64,000 nt of DNA from an uncultured Chloroflexia bacterium. Its GTDB lineage: Bacteria > Chloroflexota > Limnocylindria > Limnocylindrales > CSP1-4. The notes under the pieces were generated by a model that did not search any database, was not told the origin of the DNA, and saw nothing but the letters and a program-made list of their open reading frames with translations. Shown piece by piece: positions 59,039-64,000 of the stretch; within the stretch, counting starts at the first letter, position 1, and every line of letters begins with the position of its first letter. Where the stretch lies: contig CAWEZH010000002.1 in the NCBI GenBank assembly GCA_963813535.1, forward strand, positions 896,001 to 960,000, read 5' to 3'. Position numbers and translations under genes: made by a program.

Positions 59039-60805
59039 ATCGCTACTCCAGCCGCTGCTATCGCCTCGTCCGCAGCCACCAATGTCGGCATCGCGGAAGG
59101 CACCGCCACCATCAAGGCGGCCGCCGCCATCGCGCTTGAGATGCAGGCTCTCGGAGTCGAGCATTTCTTCTTGATGACCGGTCGCGACAATGGCCTCTGG
59201 ATCGCCCTCGAGGAGGTGGGGATCCGCCAGGTGCTCGCCCGGAGCGAGGCTGCCGCGGTCTATATGGCCGATGGCTACGCCCGCCTCCGCGGCACGCCGA
59301 CCTTCGTGTACGGACCGTACGGCCCGGGCGCCGCCAACGTCGCCGGCGGTCTGGCCGAGCCGTTCTGGGCCGGTAGTCCCGTGGTCGCCCTGGTATCGGC
59401 CATGCGCCGATCCGATCGGTACCGCAGGGAGTACCAGGAGCTCGAGCAGCAGCCGCTGTTCGCATCGGTCACCAAGTGGGGCATCGAGGCGTCCGTCGTG
59501 AACCACGTGCCGCGCCTCGTGCGCGAGGCGGCACGGCACGCGATCGCCGGCGCCCCGGGTCCCGTGTATATCGGCATCCCGAACGACCTCTTCGAGGAGG
59601 ACCTTCCGGGATACAACGGCCCCGCGCCGCTCGACCACGTCTTCGAGGTGCCGTTCGCGCGCCCCGCACCGACCGCAGCCGACGCTGAAGCCGTCGTGCG
59701 TGCGCTCACCACTGCTGAGCGCCCGATCATCCTCGCGGGTGGCGGCATCCACCAGTCCTCGGCCTACGACGCCCTCCGGCAGGTCGCCGAGCGCCTTGGG
59801 ATCCCGGTCGCGACCAGCAACTCGGGCAAGGGCAGCATCGCCGAGACCCACGACCTCGCCCTCGGCAGCGTCGGACGCTACTCGCGCAACTATGCGAACG
59901 CCGCATTGCGCGACGCCGACGTCATCCTGGCGGTCGGGACCGCGCTCGGTGGCATGGTCACCGACTCATACCGACTGATCAGCAAGGGCACGCGGATCAT
60001 CCACGTGTCGATCGATCCCGATGTCATCGGGATGAACTTCCCGACCGAGCTCGGCTTGGTCGCCGACGCCAGGACGTTCCTCGAGGCCGTCTATGACGCG
60101 TGCGTCCGTCTCGAGGCACTCCCGTCGACGGCCGCGATGGAGTCCTCGCGGAACCTTGCCTCCGAGCGCGCCGAGTGGCGCGAGCGGCGGGCGGGTCTGG
60201 CGGCCCAGAACGGCCTCGACGGTGGTCCGATGCGACCCGAGGCGATCATGGCCATGCTCGATGCCCGCCTCGCGGACGATGCGGTCCTCGTCGCGGACAC
60301 CGGCTACTCGTCGGCCTGGGCAGGCGCCCTGGCCGAGGTGAAGCAGGCAGGCCGCCACTTCATGCGGGCCGATGGGTCACTCGGCTGGGCATTCCCGGCC
60401 GCCCTGGGCGCGCAGCTCGCGGCACCGGACCGGCAGGTCGTCTGCATCACCGGTGACGGTGGCTTCGGCTATCACATCGGCGATATCGAGACCGCCATCC
60501 GCCAGCAGCTTCCGGTCATCGTGGTGATCCTCAACAACCAGACGCTGGCGTTCGAGGAGCACGTGCAGGAGCTGCTGTACGGCAAGGTCGTCCCGTCGGT
60601 CAACGAGTTCGTGGACGTCAACTACGGCGCCATCGCCCGGGCATTCGGGGCGAGCGGGTTCCGGGTGGCGAACGTGGAGGACTTCGAGCAGGCGCTCATC
60701 CATGGCCTCAAGCGCAACGGCCCGACGATCATCGACGCAGTCATCGACCGCGACGCGATCGCACCGGTCACCCGCTACGACCGCGTCCGAATCCGCGAAC
60801 TATGA
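59039..60805 (+). CDS. Thiamine-diphosphate-dependent enzyme (acetolactate synthase-like family); inferred ATC start
   Basis: ARSE..MADGYAR, GPGAAN, GSLGWAFPAALG, GDGG..LNN; family N-terminal helix lies upstream of ATG 59141. Confidence 0.88.
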   Translation: MATPAAAIASSAATNVGIAEGTATIKAAAAIALEMQALGVEHFFLMTGRDNGLWIALEEVGIRQVLARSEAAAVYMADGYARLRGTPTFVYGPYGPGAANVAGGLAEPFWAGSPVVALVSAMRRSDRYRREYQELEQQPLFASVTKWGIEASVVNHVPRLVREAARHAIAGAPGPVYIGIPNDLFEEDLPGYNGPAPLDHVFEVPFARPAPTAADAEAVVRALTTAERPIILAGGGIHQSSAYDALRQVAERLGIPVATSNSGKGSIAETHDLALGSVGRYSRNYANAALRDADVILAVGTALGGMVTDSYRLISKGTRIIHVSIDPDVIGMNFPTELGLVADARTFLEAVYDACVRLEALPSTAAMESSRNLASERAEWRERRAGLAAQNGLDGGPMRPEAIMAMLDARLADDAVLVADTGYSSAWAGALAEVKQAGRHFMRADGSLGWAFPAALGAQLAAPDRQVVCITGDGGFGYHIGDIETAIRQQLPVIVVILNNQTLAFEEHVQELLYGKVVPSVNEFVDVNYGAIARAFGASGFRVANVEDFEQALIHGLKRNGPTIIDAVIDRDAIAPVTRYDRVRIREL

Positions 60806-61821
60806 CCACCACTGCCGCGCGGATCGACGGCCCCGGCCTGCCGGAGGCCGATCCGGCGCTACCTGACATCGACACGGTCCGGGAACTCGCCCAGCGCTAC
60901 TCCAATTGGGGGCGCTGGGGGCCCGACGATGAGCTCGGGACGCTGAACCTCATCAGCCCGAGCGACGTCGTCGCGGCCTCCGGCCTGGTCCGTTCCGGTC
61001 GCACGTTCTCGCTGGCCATCCCGGTCGACGAGAACGGGCCGCAGTCGGGCGGGTTCGGGCGTTTCAATCCGATCCATCTGATGATCCGCGACGGGAACGC
61101 GGCCGCGACCGGGACCGTCGTCCGTGACTTCTACGGCGGCCGGGACCGCTACATCCGCGGCACGGACGACCTGCTGATCCTGCCGCTCCAGTCCGGGACG
61201 CAATGGGACGCGCTGGCACACATCGTGTTCGACGGCCGCATCTACAACGGCTACGACGCGACGGATGTCGGCAGCAAGGGTGCGATCCGCAACGACATCG
61301 CCAAGATGCGCGACCGCGTCATCGGGCGGGGCGTGCTCCTCGATATCCCGCGCAGCAAGGGCCGGCCGTGGCTCGATCCCGGTGAACCGATCCATGCAGC
61401 CGACCTCGATGCCTGCGCTCGAGCGCAAGGGGTCGAGATCGGGCGCGGGGACATCGTGCTCATCCGGACCGGACAGATGGCCCAGTGCCGCGCCGAGGGC
61501 GCGTGGGGTGCCTATGCCGGCGGCGCTGCCCCCGGGCTGGCGCTCGACACCGTCGGCTGGATCCACGACCGCGACATCGCGGCCATCGCGAGCGATACGT
61601 GGGGCGCCGAGGTCCTGCCGAACGAGACCCTCGACGTCTTCCAACCGCTCCACATCATCCTCATCGTGCACATGGGTCTGCTCGTCGGCGAGATCTTCGA
61701 TCTCGAGGGGCTCGCGACCGATTGCGCCGAGGACGGGCGGTACGAGTTCCTCTTCTCGGCACCGCCCCTGCCGATCACCGGCGGGGTGGGCTCGCCCGTG
61801 AACCCGCTCGCCATCAAGTAA
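60802..61821 (+). CDS. Cyclase-family metal-dependent hydrolase (kynurenine formamidase-like fold)
   Basis: NWGRWGPDDELGTLN, QSGTQWDALAH, GRGVLLD, GDIVLIRTG, GSPVNPLAIK. Confidence 0.9.
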   Translation: MTTTAARIDGPGLPEADPALPDIDTVRELAQRYSNWGRWGPDDELGTLNLISPSDVVAASGLVRSGRTFSLAIPVDENGPQSGGFGRFNPIHLMIRDGNAAATGTVVRDFYGGRDRYIRGTDDLLILPLQSGTQWDALAHIVFDGRIYNGYDATDVGSKGAIRNDIAKMRDRVIGRGVLLDIPRSKGRPWLDPGEPIHAADLDACARAQGVEIGRGDIVLIRTGQMAQCRAEGAWGAYAGGAAPGLALDTVGWIHDRDIAAIASDTWGAEVLPNETLDVFQPLHIILIVHMGLLVGEIFDLEGLATDCAEDGRYEFLFSAPPLPITGGVGSPVNPLAIK

Positions 61822-61828
61822 GGCCGTG

Positions 61829-63079
61829 ATGACCGCCCCCCGGACCCAGGAACCCGTACTCATCTTCGGGCCGCACATCGCGGCACTCGGCGTGCTGCGC
61901 GTGCTCGCTCGCCGTCGCATCCCGACGTTCGTCGTGGATGACACGACGAACGTGATCACGCGGTCGCGCTGGTATCGGCCCGCCGAGCGGACCCTGGCGG
62001 AAACGTCCGACCCGGCGACGCTGGCGGCCTACCTTCGATCGTTGGACCTGCCCGGTGCGGTCCTCATCGCCTGCAGCGACCAGTGGGCGCTCGCGGTCGC
62101 GGGCCTCCCGGAGGACCTCCGACAGCGGTTCCCGACGAGCCTCGCACCACACGCCGCCATCGAGCAGTTCGTCGACAAGGACCGGTTCCAGGCCCTGGTC
62201 GATCGGCTGGACATCCCTCGGCCGCGCACCATGCCGATCCACCATCCGGGGGATCTGGCGCACGCGACCGACGAGGACCTCGCCAACGGTTTCCTGAAGC
62301 CGACCGAGTCGCAGGCGCACAACCGCCGGTTCAAGACGAAGGGCTTCTTCGTCGAGTCGCGCGAGGAGGCTCGCCGCCTCGTCGACGAGGCTGCCGAGGC
62401 CGGCGTCACCTTCATGCTCCAGGAGTACATCCCAGGCGACTCGTCGAAGACGTTCCTCATCGACGGGTTCGTCGACCGCGACGGGACCATCAGCGCGATG
62501 GTGGCGCGGCGACGAGTGCGGATGGATCCGCCACGGCTTGCCAACACCTGCTCGGACGTCACGATCCCGCTCGCGGACGTCGAGGCGTGCCTGCCGTCGC
62601 TGCGGACCTTGCTCGAGGCGACCGATTACCGCGGCATCTTCAACGTCGAGTTCAAGCTCGACGAGCGCGATGGCCGGTTCAAGATCATCGAGCTCAACCC
62701 GCGGCCGTTCTGGCTGATCGGCCACATCGAGCGGGCCGGCGTCGACCTCCCGTGGCTGAGCTACCTCGACGCCCAGGGACTGCCGGTCCCGACGCCGCCG
62801 TCCTACCAGGTCGGGCGCTACGGGATGTACGAGATCCCCGACGCGACGGCCATCGGCCGGGCCATCGTCTCGCGCCGCCGACCGGAAGGTCCGATCCTCA
62901 AGCCCTGGCTGCGGGGCGACAAGGCGCTGTTCTGGTTCCGCGATCCGCTGCCTGCCGTCGAGGGGCTCGGCCAGATCGCCGGGAAGCGGCTCGGCCACGT
63001 CGTCGACCGGTTCCGGCGGGGCGCTGTGTCCGTGCCGGACACCACCGATCCCACGAACCACGCGGTGTCGGCTCGCTGA
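61829..63079 (+). CDS. ATP-grasp carboxylate-amine ligase (D-aspartate ligase-like family)
   Basis: DK, FLKP, LQEYIPG, NVEFKLDERDGRFKIIELNPR. Confidence 0.85.
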   Translation: MTAPRTQEPVLIFGPHIAALGVLRVLARRRIPTFVVDDTTNVITRSRWYRPAERTLAETSDPATLAAYLRSLDLPGAVLIACSDQWALAVAGLPEDLRQRFPTSLAPHAAIEQFVDKDRFQALVDRLDIPRPRTMPIHHPGDLAHATDEDLANGFLKPTESQAHNRRFKTKGFFVESREEARRLVDEAAEAGVTFMLQEYIPGDSSKTFLIDGFVDRDGTISAMVARRRVRMDPPRLANTCSDVTIPLADVEACLPSLRTLLEATDYRGIFNVEFKLDERDGRFKIIELNPRPFWLIGHIERAGVDLPWLSYLDAQGLPVPTPPSYQVGRYGMYEIPDATAIGRAIVSRRRPEGPILKPWLRGDKALFWFRDPLPAVEGLGQIAGKRLGHVVDRFRRGAVSVPDTTDPTNHAVSAR

Positions 63080-63259
63080 GACCCACGAATTCTCGCATGC
63101 GGACCCCGGCCACGGCGCCGGTTCCCGCGTCCTTGACACCCTGAACGGGGCGCCCATATCCTCGCCCGACCGGCCCCCAGGCGCGCCTGACCGGCACAGT
63201 CGCGGAAACCCGTCCGGCCTGTCCCCCGGACGCCCCTAGCGCCAGGAGTGCTACCGAAC

Positions 63260-64000
63260 GTGCCCGCCGTCGACGTCAGGCTCGTGGACGTGGTCAAGCG
63301 ATACGGGGATGCCCTCGCGGTCGACCACATCAACCTCGAGGTCCAGACCGGGGAGTTCTTCACGCTCCTCGGCCCGTCCGGTTGTGGCAAGACCACGACC
63401 CTTCGGATGATCGGCGGCTTCGAGGAGCCGACCTCCGGTCTCATCGAGCTCAAGGGCGAGGACGTGACGTGGCTGCCGCCCTACAAGCGACACGTCAACA
63501 CGGTCTTCCAGAACTACGCGCTCTTCCCCCACCTATCGGTCTTCGAGAACGTCGCGTTCGGCCTTCGGCGCCAGAAGGTCAGCGACTCCGAGGTGCGCAA
63601 CCGGGTCGGCGAGATGCTCCAGCTCGTCGAGCTGCCCGGCTTCGAGCGCCGCAAGCCCACCCAGATCTCCGGTGGCCAGGCCCAGCGCGTGGCTCTCGCC
63701 CGCGCGCTGATCAACAGGCCCTCGGTCCTGCTCCTCGACGAGCCGCTGGGCGCGCTCGACCTGAAGCTGCGCAAGCAGATGCAGGTCGAACTGAAGCGCA
63801 TCCAGCAGGAGGTCGGCATCACGTTCATCTTCGTGACGCACGACCAGGAAGAGGCGATGACGATGTCCGATCGCATCGCCGTCATGAACAAGGGCCGCTA
63901 CGAACAGCTGGCCGACCCGGCCAGCCTGTACGAGCGGCCGCGGACGAGGTTCGTCGCCGGCTTCCTTGGCGTGAGCAACCTCCTCGCATCGACGCCGAGC
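63260..64000 (+). CDS. potA: Polyamine ABC transporter ATP-binding protein (PotA-like), runs off window
   Basis: Hand translation: [58 protein letters not shown]. Confidence 0.9.
   Translation, partial: MPAVDVRLVDVVKRYGDALAVDHINLEVQTGEFFTLLGPSGCGKTTTLRMIGGFEEPTSGLIELKGEDVTWLPPYKRHVNTVFQNYALFPHLSVFENVAFGLRRQKVSDSEVRNRVGEMLQLVELPGFERRKPTQISGGQAQRVALARALINRPSVLLLDEPLGALDLKLRKQMQVELKRIQQEVGITFIFVTHDQEEAMTMSDRIAVMNKGRYEQLADPASLYERPRTRFVAGFLGVSNLLASTPS

Overview
High-GC (about 70%), gene-dense bacterial chromosome segment with about 55 CDS and one tRNA. I see no CRISPR array, transposase, integrase or prophage. Gene content and order (tRNA-Leu-tig-clpP-clpX-valS, DUF4446, class V aminotransferase-serA, fhaA-fhaB-rodA-pbpA) suggest Chloroflexota, possibly Limnocylindria-like; this is inference only. 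Core modules: UvrD-nuclease fusion, rarA, murJ, serine biosynthesis, MoxR-DUF58-transglutaminase, FHA/SEDS/PBP cluster, glycoside uptake and hydrolysis, protein quality control, a Crp/MBL-hydrolase/adenylate-cyclase trio, and a ThDP enzyme/cyclase-family/ATP-grasp/polyamine-ABC cluster. The most interesting signals are mostly non-coding. (1) Two unrelated stand-alone genes with basic helical N-terminal domains each have a 125-160 nt highly structured leader of the same architecture, a candidate RNA-leader/RNA-binding-domain system. (2) Three or four genes appear to start at ATC, CTG or GTA/GTT. (3) A REP/REPIN-like palindrome cluster lies between tRNA-Leu and tig. (4) An AhcY homologue has altered catalytic residues. 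There is also an internally deleted aldo-keto reductase remnant and a +1 frameshift in rodA. All calls come from reading the sequence by eye; no searches or folding programs were run.
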